64,000 nt of DNA, from the NCBI RefSeq assembly GCF_030144855.1, contig NC_082729.1, forward strand, positions 12,462,001 through 12,526,000, read 5' to 3'. The stretch is from Hypanus sabinus. Lineage: Eukaryota. The position numbers and the translations under genes were made by a program. The notes under the pieces were generated by a model that had not been told where the DNA came from, searched no databases, and was given only the letters and a program-made list of their open reading frames with translations. Positions 26,393-39,178 of this stretch are shown one piece after another (position 1 is the first letter of the stretch; each line of letters opens with the position of its first letter).

Positions 26393-27229
26393 TCTGGTGA
26401 AGCTGTGTAGGCCAATCCCCTGTACAGTGGATGCAATGGATTGTAGAAGCACTGATGTACTCCAACCATGCCATGAACTTCAGAGGATGACAGAGACGCG
26501 AGCTCATCGATGGCCTGTGCTCGACTGGGAGCTAAGGGCCCAAGTAAGTAAGTAGGGTCATAAAGTCATTGAGTACAGAACATGCCCTTGGCCAACCATG
26601 TCTATGCTGACCAATATAATTATCTATACTAGTCCAATGCACCTGCATGTGGCCTGTAACTTTCTACGTCACGCCAATTCAAGTGATTGTTCAGGTAGTT
26701 CTAAAGTGTTGTGAGAGTACCTGCTTTCACTGCTTCCCCAGGCAGATTTATCACTATACAACATCATTCATCTTTGCTGGTTTTGTAATAAACTATCAAA
26801 AATACTTTTTTCAACTTGGGACTCAGCTATTTTGAAGCACGTCGTCCAGTGGTTTTGGTTTTTGTCAAGTAAATGTTATACTTCTTAAATCTCAATTGTG
26901 GCAAATTTCCATTGTACCCACTCTAGTCTTTGCCATTCTTTCTCATATTGTCATAATGTCTTCTCTCTTTCTTCTTGAAACAGCATTTAGGTATGACTTA
27001 AGTAGACTTCCCAATACTCTACTGTTGTCTTCTATTCTTCTCACCTTATGATGAAAGCATTCTGATCTACAAACATACTTAGAGCTTCAGTGCCAGAAAT
27101 GACAAAAGTTTTAATTGCTGATCATGCAAAATTAAAAGGGTTAATATTCTCACCCTTTGTAGTAACTGAATAGATATAAGCAGCATGAGAATATATACGA
27201 GAAAGCCTGCAGGTGCTGGAAATCCAAAG

Positions 27230-28074
27230 ATCAAGTCAAGTTTATTGTTATTTAACTATGTACATGGAAACCACAAAACAAGGCAAAGTTTTCCTGAACC
27301 ATATTGTAAAGCACAGTAATATACATGAGATATATAATACACAATAAATTAGGAAAGTAAAAATAAAACCTACAGATGAATTATGCATAAATAAACAAAG
27401 TAAAGAGCATAAATTATATATTGTAAGATACGGAACACTTTGGTGACATTTTGAATGTGATGTGGCAGGGAGAGTCAGAAGCCTAATGGGCTGAGGGAAG
27501 AAACTTTCCCATTTTGACTGTTCTTTATCAGAGTCCTGATGGTAAAAAGTCAAAGAGGATGCTGGATGGATGGGTGGGATCCTTGATAATACTAAGGGCC
27601 CTGCAAATAAATGTCCCCGATGGATGCTACGGAGACCTTGACCATCCTCTCAGACATTCTCACAGTTGTCTGTAGGGCCTTTCAGTTCACACATAAAATG
27701 CTGGAGGAGCTCAGCAGGTCAGGCAGCATTTATGGAAATGAATAAACAGTCAACGGTTCGGACTGAGACACTTGTTCAGGATATAAATATCAACCGAAAC
27801 CATAACTAGCTGGCATCTTCCCACCCATCATCAGGGACACCCACCACCCAGGACATGTCCTTTTCTCATTATTACCATCAGGAAGGAGGTACTGAGCGTG
27901 AAAGTACACACTCAACGATTCAGGAATAACTTCTCCTGCCATCCGATTTCTGAACGAAGCCATTAATACTACCTCACTATTTTATTTTTAAATTTCTGAT
28001 TTTGTACTAATCTTAATTTAACTATTTAATACACACACATATATGCACACATACACATATACATAAATATACAG

Positions 28075-28105
<31 letters not shown>

Positions 28106-28225
28106 ATATACATACATACTGTAATTAGTTTTTTTCTCTCTATCATGTATTGTAATGTACTGCTGCCGCAAAGTTAACAAATTTCACGACACATGTCGGT
28201 GATATTAAATCTGATTCTGATTTAT
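27230..28225. mobile_element. Cluster: Rex1 (-) 27230-27680, Penelope pLTR 27687-27785, Rex1 (+) 27820-28225 with (TG)n at 28081-28105
   Basis: Family motifs as elsewhere in the window, plus a microsatellite. Confidence 0.75.
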
Positions 28226-29239
28226 AAAGACAGACATACTACAACTTGCGCTCAGCAAACCACAATCAACACAATGGCCAGACTGAAAAGCAAAAAACTG
28301 CAGGTTAGAAATCTGAACTGAAAAGAGAAAACTAGGGAAATTTCAGTTCGTCAGGCAGAATCTCTGGAAGAGAAAAATGGTCAGTGTTTCATCATGAGAT
28401 TATCAACCCAAGTTAATAATGACCAGAAAATCTGCTTCAGCAGTATAAAACGGTAAGTACATCTGCTAGACATCCTGGTCTTCTTTAAACAGTAAAGCAT
28501 ATTCAGTTGAGAGAAAAGATATGACAGTAAGTCCTTTGGTGCAGCACACTCTCGATAATCCACTCGATTTTCCTTCACGTGTCCGTGGTGAGATGCAACC
28601 CACAACATTTTCCCTCACAAGCCACGGCAAAACCACCACCTAAATGCGGAATTAGAGCGCGTCTCAAAATACTATTACTGGTTTAAAGGACCTGTGCTAT
28701 GATTCTAAGATCCCATACATTTTCCGAAGAAGCCACGAACTAGCTACAAATGGGTGTGTATCTAAGTGCTACGCACGTAACACTTCATATCATGTAGACA
28801 GATTATTTCTAAATTAGAAAGCAATGCATTCACACTCACCTACATCCTGTCGCATTTTAGTTATTAGATTTTCATTCAATGGAGCGGACTCGTGTTTGTA
28901 TGTATTTCTCAAGAGCCACCAGATGAATTCTGAACAGATTCTGGAATATACTGCATTCTGACATACGCCACTTTTTTTTAAGCACCAGCACTATAAGACC
29001 GAGAGGAAGCGAAAGTACTGGCGATGAGCAGATTTAAGCATTAACAAATCACCGGCCACACACAAAAAAAGGTACTTCACTTGACGAAACGTCACTCTCT
29101 GTACCGCCCAACTCGTTGACAATCGGTGGGCAAACGACAATACATCACCGATTAGTTACAATTAAAACAAGAGGATAATTTCTGAGGTACAAGAATGGGA
29201 GGGGAAATGGGCATAGGTGGGCAGTTTGTGAGGCAGGTA

Positions 29240-29480
29240 GTGTGGTGATCCCCATGAACTGTATAGCCACCGTGTCTCTGCCTCAAGTCAGGCGACCCTT
29301 TAAAACCGCAGGCCGACATCTTTGTTCTTCCCCCTCCTCCCGCTGCCGGAGCGCCACCTCCCCCGTCCCGGGTAACCTATTGGCTACAAGCAATCGGGAA
29401 CCTCACCAAGAGCCCAATAGGAGACGGGGTTGTTAAAAAGCCCATGGAAACGACTTGCCAGTCTCTTACACCAAGCGGCC
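29240..29480 (+). promoter_or_regulatory. CpG-rich promoter of MTFR1L with CCAAT boxes
   Basis: The only clearly CpG-rich non-repeat stretch in the window. ATTGG at 29379-29383, CCAAT at 29414-29418, GC-rich tracts, RFX-like CCATGGAAAC near 29442. Lies directly upstream of a splice donor and ~10 kb upstream of the coding exons. Confidence 0.7.
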
Positions 29481-29574
29481 TGGTCGAGCCTGAAGCTGCG
29501 AGCACGGTTTAGTTTTACAACCCGAATGTGTTGGTGTCCTTAACGCACGAGGGAGCCAATTCTTTGTTGGCAAG
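29460..29574 (+). other. MTFR1L: Probable non-coding exon 1 of MTFR1L (start approximate)
   Basis: Follows the promoter and ends at donor CAAG|GTACAT (GT at 29575). TSS cannot be determined from sequence. Confidence 0.55.
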
Positions 29575-30264
29575 GTACATTTTGCATCTTTAATGTGCGA
29601 TAGCTATTTCAACACTAGACTTTAAGGCTTGTGGCTTTGAAGTCTAGTGGGATAGGAGCACTATTGTTTAATTTGACTGCGCTGTCGTACTGAAAGGGGC
29701 TAAGATTTTTCAGGTCAGATTAATAATTAATATGTAAATAAATAACTTCATGAACTAGTGGTTTGCACAAACTTATAACTTGGACAGTGATTGTTCATCT
29801 TTTATTATCATAAAGTAAAATTCAGTAAGCCTTTAGTAGGTCGTCAGTAAGCCTTATGAAGGGACGTACGATATTTTCCATCAGAAGTTGCTGGTATTGG
29901 CTGACCTTGATGTGTTTTGGCCACTTATTTGAATAGCTTTCCAAAGTCCCTAGGCTCATCAAATACCAACTGGATCAAACCAGCAAATTCTTGGTATAGT
30001 TCTGACTACCTTGTCTAGCTTCTAGGATGTGATTGCCAGGGCCCGGTTGATAACGCTGTCTCAGTGCAGCTGTAATATCGCCCATGTTCAAAATGTGATT
30101 TATTTTTAATCTGTTGGAGAACATGCGACTTTTTAACAAGTTATCACAGTTTATATTTGAAAATGTTTGCATTTAAATGAGATAATAGTATGTAAATCTG
30201 TCCAAATTTTTCTTTACTGAAACAAAAACGATTTTGTATTCAAACTGTGGTAACTGTGCTATGC

Positions 30265-30855
30265 AGGTTGACTTTGGAAAGCTGCTGTGCAGGTTGACTC
30301 TGGTTAAGAAGGCATACGGTGAATTGGCTTTCATCAATCGTGGGACTGAGTTTAAGAGCCGAGAGGTAATGTTGCAGCTATATAGGACCCTGGTCAGACC
30401 CCACTTGGAGTACTATGCTCAATTCTGGTTGCCTCACTACAGGAAGGACGTGGAAACCATAGAAAAGGTGCAGAGGAGATTTACAAGGATGTTGCCTGGA
30501 TTGGGGAGCATACCTTATGAGAATAGGTTGAGTGAACTCGGCCTTTTCTCCTTGGAGCGACGGAGGATGAGAGGTGACCTGACAGAGGTGTATAAGATGA
30601 TGAGAGGCATTGATCGTATGGATAGAGGCTTTTTCCCAGGGCTGAAATGGTTGCCACAAGAGGACACAGGATTAAGGTGCTGGGGAGTAGGTACAGAGGA
30701 GATGTCGGGTAAATTTTTTACACGAGAGTGGTGAGTGAGTGGAATGGGCTGGTGGAGGCGGAAACAATAGGGTCTTTTAAGAGACCAAGGACATGTTCTG
30801 CACAGCTTTGTGGGCCAAAGGGCCTGTATTGTGCTGTAAGTTTTCTATGTTTCTA
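30265..30855 (+). mobile_element. CR1 3' fragment
   Basis: LYRTLVRPHLEY..QFW.P and LERRRMRGDL motifs. Confidence 0.92.
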
Positions 30856-31138
30856 AATAAACAGTAGTCATATTTACGGTTAAAAATGAGAGGCTCTTAT
30901 TGCTTGTAGGGGGAAAATACTGATTCTTGAATGCAAACATTATAAAACAGACTTTATTTTCATCAATGTTCAAAGTATTTTTTAAATCAAAGTACATATA
31001 TATCACTATTATCCTGAGATTGATGTTCTTGTGGGCATACTCAGCAAATCTATAGAGTCGTAACTATAACAGGATCGATGAAAGATCAAGCAGATTGCAG
31101 AAGATGACAAACTGTACAGATATAAATAAATAGCAATA

Positions 31139-31772
31139 TATAAGAACATAAGAGATAGGAGCAGGAGTAGGCCAATCGGCCCCTCAAGCCTGCTCCGCCA
31201 TTCAACAAGATCATGGCTGATCCAATCTTAAATCTAGTTATCACCAAATCCCACAAGACAACAGGGCACCATGCCACCCATTTTATTTTATTATTCATCC
31301 CGCCCAAACCCATGTGATCACCCGGGGGTAAAAAAACGATTTGCCAATTGAGGAGAAAAAATCTGGAAAATTCCTCTCCGACCCATCCAGGCTATCGAAA
31401 ATTGGCCCAGGAGATCACATGGCTGATCTAAACCTAGCCTCATGTCCACTTACCTGCTCGCTCACCGTATCCCCTAATGCCATTTTTATCCAGGAAAATG
31501 TCTATCTCCGTTTTGAATTTATTGAGTGTAGTAGCCTCCACAGCTCTCTGGGGCAGTAAATTCCACAGCCCCACTACCCTCTGAGTGAAGAAATTTCTCC
31601 TTATCTCAGTCCTGGAACGGCATCCCCTTATTTTAAGATTATGCCCCCTAGTCCTAGTTTCACCCATCATTGGGAACATTCTCCCCGCAACCACTCGATC
31701 AAGCCCCTTCACAATCTTATATGTTTCAATAAGATCGCCTCTCATTCTTCGGAACTCCAATGAGTAGAGTCC
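31139..31772 (-). mobile_element. Young-looking CR1 3' end nested in a Rex1 fragment (host 30970-31910)
   Basis: Intact 111-aa ORF2 end (TRGHNLK, FFTQRVVGLWNLLP). Possible TSD CAATA at 31134-31138 and 31773-31777. Confidence 0.88.
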
Positions 31773-32009
31773 CAATAAATGAGATTATGAGATAGAGTCG
31801 TTAAAGTGAGATCATTGGTTGTAGGAACATTTCAATTCTGGGGCAAGTGAGTATAGTTATGCTCTTTTATTTGAAAGTCAGATAGTTGAGGGGTAGTAAC
31901 TGTTCTTGACTCGACTCAAGATTCTCAAGGAATTCTGGACAAATATTATTTCTGCTCCATTTCAATTTATTAAATGCACTAGACACACAAAAAATCTATT
32001 AAACTGCCT

Positions 32010-32218
32010 TCACAAATGAGAAAATCTGCAGATGCTAGAAATCCAAGCAAGACACACAAAATGCTGGAGGAACTCAGCAGGCCTAGCAGCTTCTGTGGAA
32101 TAGAGTAAACTGTTGACATTTCGGGCTGAGACCCTTTCTCAGGCCGAAACATCGATTGTTTACTTTTTTCCATGGATGTTGCTTTGCCTGCTGAGTTCCT
32201 CCAGCATTTTGTGTGCTG
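32010..32218. mobile_element. Fold-back Penelope pLTR centred on the hammerhead motif
   Basis: Inverted arms acacaaaatgctggaggaactcagcagg / cctgctgagttcctccagcattttgtgt with the hammerhead relic 32110-32143 at the centre. Confidence 0.85.
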
Positions 32219-32974
32219 CTTTTAAGCTGCCTTGCTGTGGTATTATTCTGTTCGTTTCATCTAAGCACCTGACCTTAATTAAGTTCCCATTTTCCATGTT
32301 AACACACTGTTGAAATTGCTGAGGTTTGTTCTTTTGTTCTTGTACTCTTGAGTGCTTCTGAGCATATGGTTTATGGTCTTGTGCCTAACCTTGTGCTAAA
32401 TTTAAATTGTCTGTTAATCTCTTATAGAATATCTTGGCACATGCTAAATGTGCCCAACTAAAATAATGCTAGAAGTAGCTTGACATCAGTAATATTTTCA
32501 GTACGTTTTTAATCACAATGATGGGACCTTTGTCATGTTTGCTTCATTTTTATAATCAGTACATTCCCTTGGTTGTGATAATTTTCCTTGTGATTACAAA
32601 TATCTTTCTTTTGTTTATTTTTCCTGCTCTGTTATTATCTGATCTTGTCCTAGATTGTAATGCAATTCCTGCATCATTATTTCCTTCCTCCTGTAACTTA
32701 CAAATAGTTGTTTTAAAAGAGATAGTGAGGTAGTGTTCATGAGTTCAATGTCCAGAAATCGGATGGCAGAAGGGAAAAATCTGTTCTTGAACCACTGACT
32801 GTGTGCCTTCAGACTTTTGTATCTCCTTTCTGATGGTAACAATGAGAAGAGGGCATGTCCTGGGTCGTTGATGATGGAAGTCACTTTTCTGAGGCATCGC
32901 TCCTTGAAGATGACCTGGATGATGGAGTTTCTTAATGATGGACACCAGCCTTATGAGGTATCTCTCCTTGAGAT

Positions 32975-33912
32975 ACCATCACACTGAGCACGGGGGCTCC
33001 CCAGGGCTGCGTGCTCAGTCCACTGCTGTTCACTCTGCTGACCCATGACTGCTGCAACACTCAGCTCGAACCATATCATCAAGTTCGCCGAGGACACGAC
33101 TGTGGTGGGTCTCATCAGCAAGAACGACGAGTCAGCTTACAGAGAGGAGGTGCAGTGGCTAACGGGCTGTTGCAGAGCCAACAACCTGTCTCTGAATGTG
33201 AACAAAACAAATGAGATGGTTGTTGGCTTCAGGAGGGCACAGAGCGTCCACTCCCCACTGAACATCGACTGCTCCTCAGTAGAGATCGTCCATCTCCCCG
33301 CCCCTCCCACCCCCCACATCCCATCCTCATCACATTCTACAGGGGTTGTATTGAGAGTATCCTGGGCAGCTGTATCACTGCCTGGTTTGGAAATTACACC
33401 ATCTCAGATTGCAAGACCCTGCAGCGGATAGTGAGGTCAGCTGAGAAGATCATCGGGGTCTCTCTTCCCGCCATCACGGACATTTACACTACACGCTGCA
33501 TCCGCAATGGAAACAGCATTATGAAGGACCCCATGCACCCCTCATACAATCTCTTCTCCCTTCTGCCGTCTGGGAAAAGGCTCTGAAGCATTCGGGCTCT
33601 CACGACCAGACTATATAACAGTTTCTTCCCCCAAGCTATCAGACTCCTCAATACCCGAAGCCTGGACTGACACCTTGCCCTACTGTCCTGTTTATTATTT
33701 ATTGTAACGCCTGCTCTGTTTTTGTGCACTTTATGCAGTCCTGTGTAGGTCTGTAGTCTAGTATAGCTTTCTCTGTTTTTTTATTACGTAGTTCAGTCTA
33801 GTTTTTTGTACTGTGTCATGTAAACCATGGTCTTGAGAAACGTTGTTTCATTTTTACTATGCACTGTACCAGCAGTTATGGTCGAAATGACAATAAAAGT
33901 TGACTTGACTTG
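32975..33912 (+). mobile_element. Rex1/Babar LINE RT-3' fragment nested in an older minus-strand Rex1 (32720-34200)
   Basis: GAPQGCVLSPLLFTL.THDC, KFAEDTTVVGLI and LNV.KT.EM motifs, (ACTTG)n tail. Confidence 0.9.
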
Positions 33913-34219
33913 AAGCTGTCTTAGATACAATGAAGGCTTGTACCCATGATGGAACTGACTAATTTTACAAATCCTTGCTGCTTATTTCAATCGTGTGCAG
34001 TAGCCTCTCACCCCCATACCAGACGATGATGCAGCCAACTGGCATGCTCTCCACAGAACATCTGTAGAAATCTGCAGGGTTTTTGGTGGCAAACCAAATC
34101 TCCTCAAACTAATGAAATATAGCTGCTGTCATGCCTTATTTGAGGCTGCATCAGTATGTTGGGTCCTCTGAGATGCTGACATCCAGGAACTTGAAATTGA
34201 AAGTCATCAGTCTAAAAGG

Positions 34220-34790
34220 TAAACACGAGGAAATCTGCAGATGCTGGAAATTCAAACAGCAACACGCACAAAATGCTGGTGGAACACAGCAGGCCAGGCA
34301 GCATCTATAGGGAGAAGCGCTGTCGACGTTTCGGGCCGAGACCCTTCTAAGAGGTAACTCTTTTGCTTTCTATAGATGCTACCTGACCTGCATATTTTGT
34401 GGACATAGTCAAGCGTGAACTTGACACTTCATCAATTCCCATCTGCTTTTCTTCTCTCATGTTATCTCTGCCTCCCTCTGGTGCTCCTCTTTCTTCCATT
34501 GCATTCTGTCTCTTTCACCAACTTCCTAGCTTTTTGCTTCATTCCTTCTCCTCCAAGCCTCCAAGTTTCACTTATTGCCTGGTGTTTCTCTCTCCCCTCC
34601 CCCCCCCACCCCCCCACCTTTCAAATCTACTCCTCAGCTTTTTTTCTCCAGTCCTGCCGAAAGGTTTCAGCGAGAAACATCAACTGTACTTTTTTCCACA
34701 GATGCTGCCTGGCCTGCTGAGTTCCTCCAGCATTTTGTGTCTGTTGCTCAGATTTCCAGCGTCTGCAGCTTTTCTCCTCTTTGTGATTTG
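34220..34790. mobile_element. Pair of oppositely oriented Penelope pLTR/3' fragments
   Basis: 34220-34347 (minus sense, partial hammerhead) and 34410-34790 (plus sense, hammerhead relic 34649-34686). Confidence 0.85.
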
Positions 34791-35640
34791 ACAAGATTTT
34801 TTCATGGTTTTCAAATTTGTAATTAAAAGAGTGTGAATATTCACTGCTATATAAAGCATAAAACCATTTAAACCTGAATTTAAAACCATTCAAATTCAGT
34901 ATGTGGATTGATTCTCTTTTAGCAAACACTCCAAAGCTGTTTGAGTATGCCTGCAAGAAAATGAATCTCAGGGTTGTGCATATAGTAACATATATGTACC
35001 TTGATAATCTTACTTTGAACTTTAAATACAAATCTGTTAGTAGTTTTCCTTTTTAACTGAACAGATTTCTGCCTTTTTGTTGTGTAAATACGGTGCATCA
35101 TCACTTCTGATACAATGTCCTAACCACTTGGGTTGTCTTGCCTCTGATTTTAAAATTATGCACTTGTGTTAACAGACTTTTATTTTTGTAACTTTAATGA
35201 CTCAGCCAAGATAGAGAGGACATTTTTGACTACCGTGTTAACATTTTGATTGCTGTTATTGCATGGCCTAACCACGGAGGCTGTTAACCTGCAGATAGCA
35301 AAAGGCCGCGTGTTTCCCACTTCTCTTGTTTCTGCTTAATTTGCAGTATTTTTACGAGAAACATAAACTCAAAATTCTGAGTGGGTAATCTGTTCGAAAT
35401 TTTATTGTGTTTAACTGGTTCTAGAAAGCCAGTCGATAGAACAAATTCACCATTTTTGGACACAGGAAATCTGTTTCTAATCAGATGAGGGAGCTATTTA
35501 TAATTTTCACTACTTGGGTTCATGAAGATGGCTGCTATGGAAATATGTGGGGAACACGGTAAATTTGACGTTAAAGTGGAAGCGTGTGGTTGAAGAATAG
35601 ACAATTAAGATCTATTCTGTTAATACATGAGCTTCTGAGT

Positions 35641-36013
35641 ATTTGTCTACTGCCTGTTACTGCACTGGCGTTTAGGGTTGCAATGAAGGTCTTCCATCTC
35701 TGGTAGTGTCAGTAGCTCAGTCTTCACTACTGTCAGACATGCAGGTCCCGGGTGGAGACTCAGGAATACCATCACACACAGATCTAGAAGGATTCTTCAT
35801 TGCTGTTTCAGTTTTACCAGTCAGGGTTGTTGGCCCTGAACTGAACCCCCCAAACCTGGAGGATCGGTGGAGTCTGGCCTTTGACCTGTTTGGCATGAGT
35901 GACCCTACCAAGAGCCAAAGCATAAAGCCCCGACTCCAGCCAACATAGCTCTCTGGTCACTGAGGCACACAAGCCTCCAAACCCTATGACAAGGTTGTGC
36001 TTCTCTTGGAGCA
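35641..36013 (-). mobile_element. RTE-derived short non-autonomous element
   Basis: 11-bp TSD AGCTTCTGAGT at 35630-35640 and 36014-36024. 5' part resembles RTE/Expander 5' UTRs as recalled (gagctatgttg...ggtagggtcac.catgccaaacaggtc). Confidence 0.7.
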
Positions 36014-36307
36014 AGCTTCTGAGTGCATATATTTACTGTTACTGATCAGTTATACAGTTTTTATTGTACATCTCTTCAGATATTTTATGGTATTGAGATT
36101 TGTATTTTTAGCAATTGCTTAAGCTTTGGTATTGAACAAAAACCAATGAATTATTAACTAAAAATGAACTCCCATAGTTTGTTTTTTTACCCAGTTCCCA
36201 AGGTTGGTTCCTTTTTTTTCTACTTTTAAGGCCAAGTGACTAAATTGGGAGAGCTGTGCCATGGATTAGTTAAGAAAATTCTGACACAGTTGTACTTACA
36301 GAATCAT

Positions 36308-36815
36308 AAACACGAGAAACCCTGCAGGTACTGGAAATACAAAGCAACACACACAAAATGCTGGAGGAACTCAGCAGGCCAGGCAACAGCTATGGAAAAG
36401 AGTAAACAGTCGAAGTTTCAGGCTGAGACCCTCCTTCAGGACTGGGCAGGAGAGGGGGAAGATGCCAGAATAAACAGATGGGTGGAGGAGAAGGAAGATA
36501 GCTGGAAGGTGATAGGTGAAGCCAGGAGGGTGGGAAAGGTAAAGGGCTGGAGAGGAAGGAATATGATGGGAGAGGAGAGTGGACCATAGGAGAAAGGGAG
36601 GGAGGAGAGGACCCTGGGGGAGATGATAGGCAGGTAAAAGGTCAGAGTGAGAAACAGAGGGTGTGGGAGAATTTGTTTACCCGAAGGAGAAATTGATATT
36701 CCTGCACAAACAAGAGAAAATATGCAGATGCTGAAAATACAAGCAGCACACACAAAATGATGCAGGAACTCAGTCGGCTAGGGTACATCTATGGAAAAGA
36801 GTAGTCAACGTTTCA
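36308..36815 (-). mobile_element. Penelope pLTR plus 3' region with a tandem partial second pLTR
   Basis: pLTR 36308-36444 with hammerhead, purine-rich body, repeated pLTR at 36705-36815. Confidence 0.85.
36407..36444 (-). ncRNA. Minimal type I hammerhead ribozyme relic
   Basis: Reverse complement reads CAGTC-CTGAAGG-agggtctcagcct-GAAA-ct-TC-GACTG. Confidence 0.55.
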
Positions 36816-36939
36816 TATAGTCAAGTACAGTATGTAGGGACCAAACAAGCAACCTCACAAACATAAAGTCCAGTTGTGGTTCTGTAGTTCTGTATGAGGG
36901 TGGATAATTCAACAACTAATGGAAAGGGTGGCATTAAAA

Positions 36940-38240
36940 ATAACCCCTTCTACAATGGTTGAATCTAGCACGAGTGCTGAAGACGGATAAAGAATTCACA
37001 ATCACAGTCAGCCAGAAGTGCAGAGTGGATTATCTGTCTTGGTTTCTCCAGAGAGTTTCACCTGCATAGAAAGCAGTCTTCAGTTAATTGGATTTGAACC
37101 ACATGACATCAAGAAACTGCATACCTGAATTTGAGAGCTGGCTGCCATTTTAGCTAGGCATCTATTACAGTTACTACACTGGGAAATACTCAACAATATG
37201 GAAAATTGTGAACACAAAATGACAAAGCAGAAAATAGAACTAGTTGCCACCCAAACATCCCACTATCATTAGCAAAGTGAAGTTATGATCACCTGCACAG
37301 TCAAGGGGCATTTGCTCGCCAATTATCACTTTATAAAAGCCCAGTTTTGATTTTGTCAGTAGAATTCAACACCAGATTTTCTCACATTCGTGATCCAGAC
37401 ATGGGCCATATAGTTAAGTTCCAGAGGTGAACTGTAAATGACTGCCTTTATATTAAGGCAGTATTTTATAATGTGTGACATCAAGCAGACCTGGTAGAAT
37501 GGAAGTTATTGGGCACTGAGGAGAACACACTTGGGAGTCTTACTTCATAGAAGAGAAACTGGTTGTCATTGTTGATCACCGATGGTCCCAGTAAAAATAC
37601 ATTGCTGCTGGTGTTCTTCCGGGCAGTGCCTTAGGCCCTATCAGTCAGCTGCATAATCAATGACCTTTCTTCTTTTATATGGGGAATGGGGATTCAGAAT
37701 GGGGATGTGCTGTTTTCAGTTTCTTGATTTTCCATTGGAACTCCTCTGCAAGTCAAGTGGATCTTCACTGAGACTTGCATCAGGATTGGGCTGATAAGTA
37801 GAAAATAAGTTTCAAGCCACCAAACTGGCAGCCAATGAAAAGAGCATTTAACGACTTACCCTTGTCATTGAAAATCTCTTTCCCACCACCCACCATCAAC
37901 ATTCTGGGATGTGTCACCATTGATCAGACTCTCAACTGCGTTGCTGGATATCCTTTAGTAAATGGTGCCTCCAGGCCGTTCCAGTGCATACAGAGACTAC
38001 TTAGGAGTGTGATGGGATGCTCTCTACCAGCCTCTATACTGCTGCAACAGTACATGAGAAACTTAAATAGGATTGACTCTGATCCACCATTTTAAACGCT
38101 CATTCCCTCTACCACTGGCTGAAGTGTATATCATGTATAAAATATATTCCTTTTACTCACCTGGGCAATTCTGATAACATCTCCTAACCCCAGGTTTCTT
38201 CATTGCTCTGAGGAACTACAGCAGTAACCTTGGTCACCAA
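36940..38240 (+). mobile_element. Ancient degraded CR1-type LINE
   Basis: Residual RT-like blocks (ggtgttcttccgggcagtgccttaggccc, caatgacct, accattgatcaga). Confidence 0.6.
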
Positions 38241-38429
38241 TATCCCACTACTACAACCAGCTTCCTTTCTATGAAGTAGGACTCCAACTGTTTTCCCCTT
38301 GTTGCCAACTGCAGAGGAGGACAAGGACTTCGGGCACGTGGATAACATTACAATCTACAAATGACCTTCCAACTCGTGCACTGCTCCTCTTAGAAAAATA
38401 TTAGCATTCTATAATCGTTTAGTCTAAAT

Positions 38430-38715
38430 TTATTTATTGATTGAAATACAGCATGAATAGGGCCTTCTGGTCCTTTGAGCCATGCTGCCCAGCGATCCCC
38501 TCTTTAATCCTAACATAGTCATGGGTCAATTTACAATGACCAATTAACCTACCAACCGGTATGAATTTGTACTTTGGGAGAAAACCAAAGCACCCTGAGG
38601 AAACCCACGCGGTCACGGGGGAGAACATGGAAACTCCTTGCAGGCAGCGGCAGGAATTGAACCCGGGTCACTGGTACTATAAAGCGTTTTGTTAACCACT
38701 ACGTCACCATGCTGT
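38430..38715 (-). mobile_element. HE1-like V-SINE
   Basis: Reverse B-box ggaattgaacccggg, V-domain, (TTTA) tail. Confidence 0.85.
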
Positions 38716-39139
38716 CCAATTCCGGAAGTCCTGACAACAATTTGGAAGTATATTCACTGGATGGACTGCTCCTTCCACTCACACTCTTCTTCTTGGATTA
38801 TTTTTTTAGGAACAAGGATTAAAGGCTGATTATGTCAATATTCAGATCCTGAAAAATAAACACAAACTGAACTGCTTCCCTCATTTGTGTTAAATGCATC
38901 TTTACTGCACAATTCTCTGTTCCTGATTTGTCTGTAATCATCCCACTACACTGCGTTAATACAACTGCACTCTGGCTAGATTGCTTGCCACTCTTGTGGA
39001 GAAATCTCAAACTTTTCATAAACTTTCCTTTACTCATGTATTATTCGTCATGATTTGAATTTCTTCCATTTTTCCCCTAGTTGCACTTCATTTTGAGTAC
39101 AAACAGAGAGTTGATTTGTTCTAAATCACTGAGGAAGTT

Positions 39140-39178
39140 ATGATGAACTCGAGACTTGAGTATTGTTCTGTCTTTGAT
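39140..39178 (+). CDS. MTFR1L: Probable first coding exon of MTFR1L (exon 39081-39178; MMNSRLEYCSVFD)
   Basis: Acceptor ttttcccctag|39081, ATG at 39140, phase-0 donor GAT|GTGAGA, in frame with the next exon. No homology support. Confidence 0.45.

Noticed and set aside
35466-35558. Alternative first coding exon (MAAMEICGEH)
   Set aside because: The donor phase is not compatible with the phase-0 exon at 39741.
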